Source: a bacterium (GTDB taxonomy: Bacteria; Oederibacteriota; Muellerivitia; Muellerivitales; Muellerivitaceae). From it: a stretch of 64,000 bases of DNA. The translations under genes and the position numbers were made by a program. This document shows, piece by piece, positions 36,200 to 44,975 of this stretch; position 1 is the stretch's first letter; every line of letters begins with the position of its first letter. The DNA is taken from the NCBI GenBank assembly GCA_035549195.1, contig DASZRK010000055.1:7231-71230 (forward strand), read 5' to 3'. A model generated the notes under the pieces. It had not been told where the DNA came from and did not search any database. It worked only from the letters and a program-made list of their open reading frames with translations.

Positions 36200-36955
36200 A
36201 TGGCCATGAAAAAAAAGAAGAACATCCAAACCTTTGAGACCGTCGCGCCCGGTGGCGCCGCCCAGGACGGCGCCAAGATCGACGTGCTGGCCTTCGGGGC
36301 CCATCCCGACGATGTCGAGATCGCCATGGGCGGCACGATCCTTTCCCTGAAGGACCGGGGCGCCCGGGTGGTCGTCTGCCACCTGACCGATGGGGAACCG
36401 ACCCCCTATGGGAACCACAAGCTCCGTTTGAAGGAAGCGGAAGCCGCCGCCCGGGTCCTGGGACTGGACGATCACCTGATCCTTCCGCTCAAGAACCGTG
36501 AACTGCAGGACACGATCCCGGCCCGCCGCAAGGTGGCCGAGGTCATGCGCCGATACCGGCCCGCCATGGTCTTTGCCCCCTATTGGGTGGACGCCCATCC
36601 GGACCATTGGGGCGGCAGCCGACTGGTGGAAGCGGCCCGCTTCTGGGCCAAACTGGTCAAGACCGACATGAAAGGGGATCCTTGGTATCCCCCGAAGTTC
36701 TATTACCACCTTTGTTCGCACCTGCGCCCGAACGTCCAGCCGGCCTTCATCGTGGATACGACCGGTTTCCAGGACCGAAAGGTCCGGGCGGTCTCCTGCT
36801 ACGAGAGCCAGTTCATCAAGAAGCCCGGGAGCCGGGCCCTGGAGTTCATCGGGGTGGCGAACCGCTATTGGGGGTCCATGATCGGGAGGGAAACGGGCGA
36901 ACCCTTCTTTTCAAAGGAAAATATCGGGGTGAACGATCCGAGGATATTGCTTTAG
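36200..36955 (+). CDS. bshB1: PIG-L/LmbE family deacetylase (BshB1-like)
   Basis: Motifs FGAHPDDVE..MGGT, R..EA..AA..LG, D.HPDH, S.YESQF. The exact substrate is unproven. Confidence 0.75.
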   Translation: MAMKKKKNIQTFETVAPGGAAQDGAKIDVLAFGAHPDDVEIAMGGTILSLKDRGARVVVCHLTDGEPTPYGNHKLRLKEAEAAARVLGLDDHLILPLKNRELQDTIPARRKVAEVMRRYRPAMVFAPYWVDAHPDHWGGSRLVEAARFWAKLVKTDMKGDPWYPPKFYYHLCSHLRPNVQPAFIVDTTGFQDRKVRAVSCYESQFIKKPGSRALEFIGVANRYWGSMIGRETGEPFFSKENIGVNDPRILL

Positions 36956-37185
36956 GGCCGGCTTAGATCCGGCGGTTCTTCTGGCGTTTGATCGGTGCCA
37001 AGGCGAGCCCCACCATCCAGAAGCCCGACATCCCCAAAAAAGCCAGGCCGTCCAGGACCAGCGTCCCCAGCATGTTCTTGATCTTGCGGCCCATGACGAA
37101 CCTCCTTCACTTTTTCAGACGGGCCAACATCCCCATTGGTTCAAGGTGCATAACCGATGCCAAGTGGCCCGGTCGGGCCGGGAAG

Positions 37186-37209
37186 AAAAGTATACGGCCG
37201 TATACTTTT
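37186..37209. promoter_or_regulatory. Perfect 24-bp palindrome, candidate operator of recA
   Basis: AAAAGTATACGGCCGTATACTTTT is its own reverse complement and ends 3 bp before the -35 box. Confidence 0.65.
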
Positions 37210-37212
37210 TTC

Positions 37213-37241
37213 TTGACGGGGCATTGGGCGGCTTTTAGGAT
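37213..37241 (+). promoter_or_regulatory. Sigma70-type recA promoter
   Basis: TTGACG (37213-37218), 17-bp spacer, TAGGAT (37236-37241). Confidence 0.75.
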
Positions 37242-37368
37242 GTGCCGCGTAGGCCTCCTACCCCGTAGGACCTACCCCGCCTTCCTGCCAAGGAAGGTGA
37301 CACCCACTACGAACCGCGTAAAAGCACGAAAAACCCGTCAAACGGGCTATAAATCAAGGAGCGATGAA

Positions 37369-38520
37369 ATGGCGAGCGAGAAACAAAAGGCGTTGGATAA
37401 CGCGATCCTGCAGATCGAGAAGGACCACGGCAAGGGCGCGATCATGAAACTGGGGGAGGCCAAGGTCCAGGACGTGAAGTCCATCTCCACGGGGGCCATC
37501 TCGGTCGATATCGCCACCGGCATCGGGGGGGTTCCCCGGGGCCGCATCGTTGAGATCTATGGACCGGAATCCTCCGGTAAGACCACCCTCACCCTCCATA
37601 TCGTCGCCGAGTGTCAAAAAGCGGGCGGGACCGCCGTGTTTATTGACGCGGAACATGCCATGGACCCGGTCTATGCCAAGAAACTGGGGGTGAACGTGGA
37701 TGAACTGCTCATCTCCCAGCCTGATTCGGCCGAAGAAGCCCTCCAGATCGCCGATACCCTCATCCGTTCCGGGGCCATCGACGTCATCGTCATCGACTCC
37801 GTGGCCGCCTTGGCCCCCAGGGCCGAGTTGGAAGGCGAGATGGGCGATGCCCACGTGGGGCTCCAGGCCCGCTTGATGAGCCAGGCCCTGCGTAAATTGA
37901 CGGCTTTGCTCTCGAAATCCAACACCAGCGCCCTTTTCATCAACCAGATCCGCGAGAAGATCGGGGTCATGTTCGGGAATCCGGAGACCACCCCAGGGGG
38001 ACGGGCCTTGAAGTTCTACTCCTCCATGCGGCTGGATGTGCGCCGGGTCGAGGCCATCAAGAGCGGGGACCAGAACATCGGGAACAAGGTGAAGGTCAAG
38101 GTGGTCAAGAACAAGACGGCCCAGCCTTTCCGGGAGGGTTTCGTCGACATCATCTTCGGGGAAGGCATCTCCAAGGAAGGTTCGCTCATCGATGTGGGCG
38201 TGGAAATGGGCATCGTGGACAAGAGCGGGACTTGGTTGAGCTTCGGGGAGACCAAGATCGGCCAGGGCCGGGACGCCGGCAAGGCTTTCTTGAAGGAACA
38301 CACCGATGTCGCCGCCCAGATCGAGAAGAGGATCAAGGAAAAGGTCGGGCTGATCCCGGCGCCGGCCCAGGCACCCGCCAAGCCTTCGGCGACGGGCTCC
38401 GCCCCTGCGGCGGCTTCGGCGGACAAGCCGGTGGCCGCGCCCACGCCCTTGAAGCCCGAACTTAAGAAGGATGCCGGACTGGTCCTGACCGAGAAGGCCA
38501 AAGTCGCCTTGCGCAAGTGA
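37369..38520 (+). CDS. recA: Recombinase RecA with long Ala/Pro/Lys-rich C-terminal tail
   Basis: AAGGAG SD; motifs [52 protein letters not shown]. Confidence 0.98.
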   Translation: MASEKQKALDNAILQIEKDHGKGAIMKLGEAKVQDVKSISTGAISVDIATGIGGVPRGRIVEIYGPESSGKTTLTLHIVAECQKAGGTAVFIDAEHAMDPVYAKKLGVNVDELLISQPDSAEEALQIADTLIRSGAIDVIVIDSVAALAPRAELEGEMGDAHVGLQARLMSQALRKLTALLSKSNTSALFINQIREKIGVMFGNPETTPGGRALKFYSSMRLDVRRVEAIKSGDQNIGNKVKVKVVKNKTAQPFREGFVDIIFGEGISKEGSLIDVGVEMGIVDKSGTWLSFGETKIGQGRDAGKAFLKEHTDVAAQIEKRIKEKVGLIPAPAQAPAKPSATGSAPAAASADKPVAAPTPLKPELKKDAGLVLTEKAKVALRK

Positions 38521-38529
38521 GGTGGATCG

Positions 38530-38658
38530 ATGGAAACCTATCGTCCGACCTATCGGAACGGCCAGTGGGTCGTGGTTGACTCGAACGGCGACGTGGTCGC
38601 CCTGTGCGAGAGCCAATCCGATTCGTTGGTCCAGGCGAACAGCCTGAACGGCTACTGA
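38530..38658 (+). CDS. 42-aa small protein downstream of recA (not in the ORF track)
   Basis: GAGGTG SD overlapping the recA stop; ATG 38530 to TGA 38658; METYRPTYRNGQWVVVDSNGDVVALCESQSDSLVQANSLNGY; followed by a terminator. Confidence 0.72.
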   Translation: METYRPTYRNGQWVVVDSNGDVVALCESQSDSLVQANSLNGY

Positions 38659-38673
38659 CGAGTCGTTCTTTTG

Positions 38674-38699
38674 AAAAGGGGGCCTTTGGCCCCTTTTTT
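38674..38699 (+). terminator. Intrinsic terminator closing the recA-sORF unit
   Basis: GGGGCC-ttt-GGCCCC followed by TTTTTT. Confidence 0.8.
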
Positions 38700-38767
38700 C
38701 ATTTCATGGACCTGTCAAACACTGCCGGTTGCCTTAAAATGGCCCCCATCTCCAAAAGGGAAGGCCC

Positions 38768-41140
38768 ATGACCCAGAAACCCATGAACAAGTTCCTGAAG
38801 ATCATCCTGTGGATCATCGGCGGTTTTGTCGGCCTGGTGGTCCTGCTCCTGGCCGCTGCCGCCATCATCATCCCGATCAAATATCCGCCCGAGAAGTTGA
38901 AGGCCATGGCCACGGAGAAGCTCACCGAGACCCTTCATCACCAGGTCGCCGTCAAGGACGTTCGATTCAACATCCTCAGCGGCTTCAAAATCCAAGGCTT
39001 GAAAGTGGCGAACCGGGCGGGTTGGGACCCGACCCCGATCGTGGACGCCAAGGAGATCTCCATCTCCTATCAGTTGTTCCCCCTGCTTTGGGGCCAAGTG
39101 AAACTGGACGAGGTGGTGTTGGACCGCCCCGAGATCTTCATCGAGCGCCGGGGGATGGATTCCTTCAATTTTTCCGACATGACGGCCTCCACTTCTTCGG
39201 CCGTTCCGGCGGCCGCCCCCGCGGCCCAAGCGTCCGTCGCGGCCAAAAAGCCGGCCGCTAAGCCCAAGGCCAAGCCGAAACCGAAGAGCAAAAAGAAGGC
39301 GAAGCCCCACGCCGGATTGCCTTCCGAGACCCGCCCGGATGCTTTCGGGTCCTTGTTCGTCGCTTCCGCCTACGCCGATGACGGGACGGCTTCGAAGCCC
39401 GCGGACAAGGCTTCCAAGACCACCCTCCTGCTCACGGTGGGGAACGCCAAGATCGTGCACGGGAAGATGACCTACCTGGACCGCTCCGTGAACCCGCCTC
39501 AAAAGTACCTTTTGAGCGATCTGAACCTCCATATCGAGAACATCTCGATGGTCGGTGGAAAGTCCAATTTCACCATGAGCACCCCGGTGGAAGCCAATAA
39601 CCAGAAGTATCAGTTCTCGCTCAAGGGGACCTACCGGTTCTTGATGGCCAGTTCGATGATCAAGGACATGGACATCGAAGGGATCTTGAACGACTCCCAC
39701 AGCTTCCAGGTGAAGGGCGACCTGTCCTATGGGGATGGTATCGCCCCCAAATTGGATGGGGACGCCAGTCTCGACAGCCTGAAATTGGTGGATCTCATCC
39801 CCCGGAACCTGGCCAAGATGCCCCAGGGCCTGGTCTTAAAGGGACCCGCCCGGGTCGATTTCCACTTGGAAGGGAACACCAAGGCCGGTTTGGAATTGGA
39901 CGGGTCCGCCGATGGCTCGAGCCTGGCGATCCAGTTCAAGGACTATTTCATCAAGACCGACAAGACCACCTGCAAGGTGGAGTTCAAGAGCTTGAACCGC
40001 ATGGCCCAGGGGATCTATGACATCCCTTCGTTCAAGATCCATTACCAGGATTGGGATGTGAACGGTTCCTTCCATTACCAAAGCAATGGGCTTTATTCCG
40101 GCTCGGTCCATTCCAAGTCCTTGCCTTTCCAGGGGCTGCCGGGGATGTTCCCGAAATTGAAGAACACCACCGTGAACGGTTCGGGGGCCATGGACATCGA
40201 TTTTTCCCAGGTCCTGGGAAAGCCCGAGTCCCTGAAGGTGAACGGGCTGGTGTCCTTGAAGGGGGTCGGGATCATCCTGCCGAAACAAGAACCCTATTTG
40301 GAGGACATCACGGGGCCGATCTACCTGAACGGGCAGGTCCTCCGGGTGCCCAAGGCGACCTTCAAATCCTTTGACGGGACGGGAGCCGCGGGGGTCACTT
40401 GGAACTACGTCAACGATGGTTATACGTACGGATTCGTCCTGAAGGATGTGAGCGCCCAGAAAGCCATCGATGCCAGCATCGACGCCTATGTGACCACCAA
40501 GGACTTCACCGACTATAAGGACAAGCTCCTGGGAAACCTCAACCTGTCCTATGCCGGTTCGGGAAGGGGATTCGGCGGCGACCAGATGATCGCCTCGGCC
40601 CTGGGGAACGGGAGCTATACGCTCGACCACGCCAAGGTCAAGGACCTTGCCCTGGTCAAGGCCATCAACAAGTACTTCAAGGACTCGAGCAACGAGATCG
40701 CCTTCGATCAGATCAAGGGTGTCCTGGTGATGAAGAACAAGGTCTTCACTTACACGGCGGATACGAACGGGAAGGTGGGCGCGGTCCGGGAAAGGGGCGG
40801 CATCAACGTGGCGGAGATGGTCTATGCCCCCGACATGACGGTCCAGGCCGATGTGAAGAAGGACTTCCTGAATTCGGACGCGGTCCTGGCCGGACTCCCG
40901 GGGGAAGTGAGGGGGCTGGTCAAGAACGTGGATTGGTTCGCGGACGGGAACGGGAACATCCCCATCGATTTCAAGTTCACCGGGCCGGTCAAACAGAACA
41001 ATTACGCCTATGACTGGGACCGGCTGAAGAAGAACGTCGGGGACCATGCGGCCCAGGAGGCCAAAAAGGCCGTTGGCGACGCGGCGAAGCCCGTGCTCAA
41101 CGATATCGGCAATAAATTAAAAGGATTGTTCGGCAAATAA
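38768..41140 (+). CDS. AsmA family protein
   Basis: N-terminal TM anchor followed by AsmA_N-like pattern (KLTETLHHQV.V.DV, I.I..SYQLFPLLWGQV.LDEVVLDRPEI.IER); beta-rich body; C-terminal PI.F..TGP... Confidence 0.8.
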   Translation: MTQKPMNKFLKIILWIIGGFVGLVVLLLAAAAIIIPIKYPPEKLKAMATEKLTETLHHQVAVKDVRFNILSGFKIQGLKVANRAGWDPTPIVDAKEISISYQLFPLLWGQVKLDEVVLDRPEIFIERRGMDSFNFSDMTASTSSAVPAAAPAAQASVAAKKPAAKPKAKPKPKSKKKAKPHAGLPSETRPDAFGSLFVASAYADDGTASKPADKASKTTLLLTVGNAKIVHGKMTYLDRSVNPPQKYLLSDLNLHIENISMVGGKSNFTMSTPVEANNQKYQFSLKGTYRFLMASSMIKDMDIEGILNDSHSFQVKGDLSYGDGIAPKLDGDASLDSLKLVDLIPRNLAKMPQGLVLKGPARVDFHLEGNTKAGLELDGSADGSSLAIQFKDYFIKTDKTTCKVEFKSLNRMAQGIYDIPSFKIHYQDWDVNGSFHYQSNGLYSGSVHSKSLPFQGLPGMFPKLKNTTVNGSGAMDIDFSQVLGKPESLKVNGLVSLKGVGIILPKQEPYLEDITGPIYLNGQVLRVPKATFKSFDGTGAAGVTWNYVNDGYTYGFVLKDVSAQKAIDASIDAYVTTKDFTDYKDKLLGNLNLSYAGSGRGFGGDQMIASALGNGSYTLDHAKVKDLALVKAINKYFKDSSNEIAFDQIKGVLVMKNKVFTYTADTNGKVGAVRERGGINVAEMVYAPDMTVQADVKKDFLNSDAVLAGLPGEVRGLVKNVDWFADGNGNIPIDFKFTGPVKQNNYAYDWDRLKKNVGDHAAQEAKKAVGDAAKPVLNDIGNKLKGLFGK

Positions 41141-41171
41141 GTCCCAAGAAATTCGTTCGGAAGCGATCGGG

Positions 41172-41198
41172 GCGGGGCGAAAGCCCCGCTCTTTTTTT
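41172..41198 (+). terminator. Intrinsic terminator
   Basis: GCGGGGC-gaaa-GCCCCGC followed by a T-tract. Confidence 0.85.
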
Positions 41199-41212
41199 AT
41201 ATAAGGAGAACC

Positions 41213-42502
41213 ATGTTCGACCTCTTTTTCGCCTATGTTTACAAGTTCCTGCACCGTTACCTGGGTGTCCGCCGGCCCCTTTCCCACCGGGAAAAGACCC
41301 TGGCCTGGATGTTCAGCCTCTACGACTTCAATTACACCCTTTCGAGCGTCTTCCTGACGGTCTTTCTCTTCAAGAAGGACCATGACCTTCAGGTGCCGGT
41401 GTTCTTCTACCTGGCCCAATTCCTGGTGATCGTCCCGGCCTTCTGGGTGGGCGGACACCTTTCCAAGCGCTGGGGGAACCTGACCTCCTATCAACTGGGC
41501 TTTTTCTTCAGCGCGACCGTTTATGGCGCCACCCTGATCCTCCGGGAGAACGCCGCCGATCATCCCTTTCTCTTGGGGACCCTGGCGGGCACGGGGATCG
41601 GGTTCTATTTCCTGGGAGAGCATTCCCTGACCCTGGAGGAAACGAGCGAGAGGACGCGGGATTATTTCCTTTCGCTGACGACCTTCTTCACTTCGGTCCT
41701 TTGCATCCTGGCCCCGCAGATCTCGGGTTGGCTGATCGTTTCCTTCGGCAACCCCGCCAGGCCCGGCGGAAGCTCCTTGATCGGTTATTACTTTGTCTTC
41801 GCCATCGCCCTGGCCCTTTATTTAGTGCTTTTCTTCAAGAGTTTCCAATTCAAGGCCCATCCCACGGGGAAAGGGTTCGACTTCTGGCGGATCCTGACCA
41901 TGCCCAATACAGGGGACTGGAAACGCCTCATGTGGTCGCAGGTCTTCCTGGGTTTGAGGAACGGGGCCTTCTGGTTTCTGGTACCTCTGCTCGTTTACCA
42001 GGTCTCCAAGAACGAGGCGGTGGTGGGGGGCTACAGCACCTTTGCCAACCTCCTGGGCGTCCTCACCTCTTATGGATTGTCCCTTTGGGCCAAGGCCGAG
42101 AACCGGCGGCAAGGACTTTGGGTCTCGTCGTTGCTTTTGGGTTTCGCTTCCGTGGGGCTGGCCCTCAAGGTCGCCTATTTCACCCTCTTCCTTTACGCCA
42201 TCCTGGCCATGATCGGCGGCACCTGGCTCCAAGTGGTCTTCGGGGCCTTTTCCTTCAACATCCTTGAGAGGGCGAAGGAGGGAAAAAAGCACCGGATCGA
42301 ATACCTGGCCGTCCGTGAAGTGCCTTTGGCCGTCGGCCGCCTGCTGAGCCTGGTCGGGCTCTACCTGGGCCAAGCCCACTTCGGGGAGTTGGGCCTTCGC
42401 CTGGCGGTGTTGGTCCTCGGGTTCTCCCACATGGGGATCCTCTGGCTGTTCCCCGGGGAGAAGTCCGCGGAAATACGCGCCCGGGAACGGAAAAGAGCTT
42501 AA
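41213..42502 (+). CDS. MFS transporter
   Basis: About 12 hydrophobic segments with a 6+6 organisation; AAGGAG SD. Confidence 0.8.
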   Translation: MFDLFFAYVYKFLHRYLGVRRPLSHREKTLAWMFSLYDFNYTLSSVFLTVFLFKKDHDLQVPVFFYLAQFLVIVPAFWVGGHLSKRWGNLTSYQLGFFFSATVYGATLILRENAADHPFLLGTLAGTGIGFYFLGEHSLTLEETSERTRDYFLSLTTFFTSVLCILAPQISGWLIVSFGNPARPGGSSLIGYYFVFAIALALYLVLFFKSFQFKAHPTGKGFDFWRILTMPNTGDWKRLMWSQVFLGLRNGAFWFLVPLLVYQVSKNEAVVGGYSTFANLLGVLTSYGLSLWAKAENRRQGLWVSSLLLGFASVGLALKVAYFTLFLYAILAMIGGTWLQVVFGAFSFNILERAKEGKKHRIEYLAVREVPLAVGRLLSLVGLYLGQAHFGELGLRLAVLVLGFSHMGILWLFPGEKSAEIRARERKRA

Positions 42503-42526
42503 ACTGGACGGCGAAAAGGAGCTTCC

Positions 42527-43201
42527 GTGATCTACGCGATCGGTGACATCCATGGTTGCCTGAAGGCCTTGAAGGAGCTGGTGGCCCAACTGCCCCTGAA
42601 GGAAGGGGATGAGGTCGTCTTCCTGGGCGACTATATCGACCGGGGCCTCGACAGCAAGGGCGTCCTGGATTTCCTCCTGCAGAACCAAAAGCCCGGATGG
42701 CATTTCCTTCGGGGGAACCATGAGCAAATGCTCCTGGATTGGCTGGGGACGCCCAATCCGCTCGCGGCGGCCAATTGGCTCTTGAACGGCGGCCATGCGA
42801 CCCTGCAATCCTACGTGCCGAAGGAAAAGCTGGACGAGGTCCGGGGCGAGGGAGCCCATATCCTGCTCCAATCCTACATTCCCCACACCCATGTGGAGTT
42901 CCTGAACGCGCTCCCCCTGACCCTGGACCGCCCGGAAGCCTTCTTTTGCCACGCGGGGATCAACCTGGATAATCCCTTGGACGCTCAGGATCCGGACGAT
43001 CTCCTGTGGATCCGCCGCAAGTTCATCCAAGACCCTCGGCCCACCCCGAAGCTCATTGTCCATGGGCACACGCCCATCCAGGAAGTGGACCTAGCCCGCG
43101 ACCGGATCAACCTGGACACGGGTTGCGTCTATGGCAACCGCTTGACCGCCCTGGCCCTCCCTGAGAAGCGGCTTTATCAAGTGGGGTTCTCCCAGGAGTG
43201 A
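42527..43201 (+). CDS. Calcineurin-like metallophosphoesterase (Ser/Thr protein phosphatase PrpA-like)
   Basis: Motifs GDIHG, GDYIDRG, RGNHE, HAG, HGHTP, DTG. Confidence 0.93.
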   Translation: MIYAIGDIHGCLKALKELVAQLPLKEGDEVVFLGDYIDRGLDSKGVLDFLLQNQKPGWHFLRGNHEQMLLDWLGTPNPLAAANWLLNGGHATLQSYVPKEKLDEVRGEGAHILLQSYIPHTHVEFLNALPLTLDRPEAFFCHAGINLDNPLDAQDPDDLLWIRRKFIQDPRPTPKLIVHGHTPIQEVDLARDRINLDTGCVYGNRLTALALPEKRLYQVGFSQE

Positions 43202-43282
43202 CCCGCCTGGAATTTTCATCCTTTTAACAGACCCTTATCCCCGGTTCCGGGAAGAATACCTGCCGTTCCCGATGGAGGGACC

Positions 43283-44206
43283 ATGAAAGAACATTTCCGG
43301 ATGAAGGATGGGACCGTCCAAGGCGGGGATGCGGACGGATCCAACATCACGGTCTATACCATCCCCGACGAGGCGGAGCGGGAGGAACTGCTGCAACTCC
43401 TCCATTGTGACCGGCATGTGTTGGAATCGGGGCTGGATCCGGACGAGATCTCCCGCCTGGAGATCCTCAGGGACGGGCTTTTTGTTGTCTGGAAGAGGCC
43501 CAACAACACCTCCTTCGCCGAACAGTTCAAGCTCGAGGTCTCCTCGATCGGGCTTTTTCTCCAGAAAGAAAGCCTGACCGTCATCCTGGCCGAGGGGGTC
43601 GTCCCCTTCGCCGAGAAGGAGTTCCAGGGGGTCGCCTCGCTCCCGGACGTGATGCTGCGCATCCTCCAGCACACCATCCACCATTTCCTGGGTCACCTGA
43701 AGGCCATCAAGATGCTGACGTCGGAGATCCAGGCCAAATTGAACGCTTCCATGGGCAACCAATACCTCCTGCAGATGTTCACCCTGGGCGAGAACCTCAT
43801 CTATTACCTGGATGCCCTGGAGGCCAACGCGGCCGTCCTGGCGAAACTGCATAAGGACGGTGAAAAGTGCGGTTTCAGCCGTTCCGAATTGGCGGTGATG
43901 GAGGATGTGATGATCGAGCATCATCAATGTTGCAAACAGGCGGAGATCTATTCGAACGTCCTCTCCGGCCTGATGGATACCCGGGCCAGCATCATCAACA
44001 ACAACATGAACACCTTGCTGAAGAACCTGACCGTCATCAGCATCGTTTTCCTTCCCCTGAACCTGGTAGCGGGGATCGGGGGCATGTCCGAGTTCAGCCA
44101 ATGGACCCATGGGGTGGATTGGCGCATTTCCTACGGGCTGGTCCTTTTGGCGATGTGGATCGGGGGATGGGTCCTGTGGCGTTTTTTGATGCGCAACATC
44201 CGTTGA
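43283..44206 (+). CDS. CorA family divalent-cation transporter
   Basis: Soluble N-terminal domain plus two C-terminal TMs; motifs NNNMN..LK.LT, PLNLVAGIGGMSE (variant of GMN). Confidence 0.85.
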   Translation: MKEHFRMKDGTVQGGDADGSNITVYTIPDEAEREELLQLLHCDRHVLESGLDPDEISRLEILRDGLFVVWKRPNNTSFAEQFKLEVSSIGLFLQKESLTVILAEGVVPFAEKEFQGVASLPDVMLRILQHTIHHFLGHLKAIKMLTSEIQAKLNASMGNQYLLQMFTLGENLIYYLDALEANAAVLAKLHKDGEKCGFSRSELAVMEDVMIEHHQCCKQAEIYSNVLSGLMDTRASIINNNMNTLLKNLTVISIVFLPLNLVAGIGGMSEFSQWTHGVDWRISYGLVLLAMWIGGWVLWRFLMRNIR

Positions 44207-44212
44207 GGGACC

Positions 44213-44899
44213 CTAGCGCCGGGTCGGTTCTTCCGACTTCCGGAAGGAACGTTCGAACGAGGCGGAGGCCCGTTGAAGGGCCATCTCGGCATGGACGCCC
44301 TCCGCTTGGGCCAGGCGGGTAAAGGCGAGCAGGAATTCACCGGCGGCCCTTTCTTTTCCCCGTCTTCCGGCCTTGAGGCTCTTTTGCAGGCCCTGCCAGG
44401 CCTTGGCCGCCTGTTTTTCCAGGTCCTTCTTATCCGTTGCTTTTTGCCCCTTGTTGATCTTCTCGAACATCCGCTGGGTCCTCAGCAGGGACGGGAGGGA
44501 CTTGGGGAGGCCGTCCAAGGCCGATCTCCGCTCGGGTTTTTCCTGCCGTTTCAATTCTTCCCATTTACGGTTGATGTCGGAGATCCTGCGGCTGGATTTC
44601 CCGAAGACGTGGGGATGGCGGCGGATGAGCTTGTCGCCGATACCCTTGGCCACCTCCTGGAGGTCGAAACGGCCCTTTTCCTTGGCCATTTGGGCGTGGA
44701 AGACGACCTGCAACAAGAGGTCCCCCAGTTCTTCCTGGAGGGCCTTGGGATCGTCCATGTCGATGGCGTCCAGGACCTCGTGGGCCTCTTCCAATAGGTA
44801 AGGTTTCAGGGTGCGGTGGGTCTGGCGGCGGTCCCAGGGGCAGCCGTTCCTGGATCGGAGCCGGGTCATGATATTTTCAAGACGGCGCAGATAATCCAT
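44213..44899 (-). CDS. mazG: Nucleoside triphosphate pyrophosphohydrolase MazG
   Basis: Motifs LR...GCPWD..QT, EEAHE, EELGDLLLQVVFH, RRHPHVF, WEELK. Confidence 0.93.
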   Translation of the reverse strand: MDYLRRLENIMTRLRSRNGCPWDRRQTHRTLKPYLLEEAHEVLDAIDMDDPKALQEELGDLLLQVVFHAQMAKEKGRFDLQEVAKGIGDKLIRRHPHVFGKSSRRISDINRKWEELKRQEKPERRSALDGLPKSLPSLLRTQRMFEKINKGQKATDKKDLEKQAAKAWQGLQKSLKAGRRGKERAAGEFLLAFTRLAQAEGVHAEMALQRASASFERSFRKSEEPTRR

Positions 44900-44975
44900 G
44901 CTTGCCTCCGGGGTGGGTGGAATTTACCATGCCTGGCGTCGGGAAAACCATCCCCAACAAGGGCGGAGGCGGACA

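Noticed and set aside
36988-37368. 127-aa N-terminal extension of RecA in the ORF track
   Set aside because: It spans the promoter and palindrome. The AAGGAG SD and RecA homology both begin at ATG 37369.
44213-44460. Degenerate second domain of MazG as a novelty
   Set aside because: Shortened or inactive C-terminal MazG domains are common.
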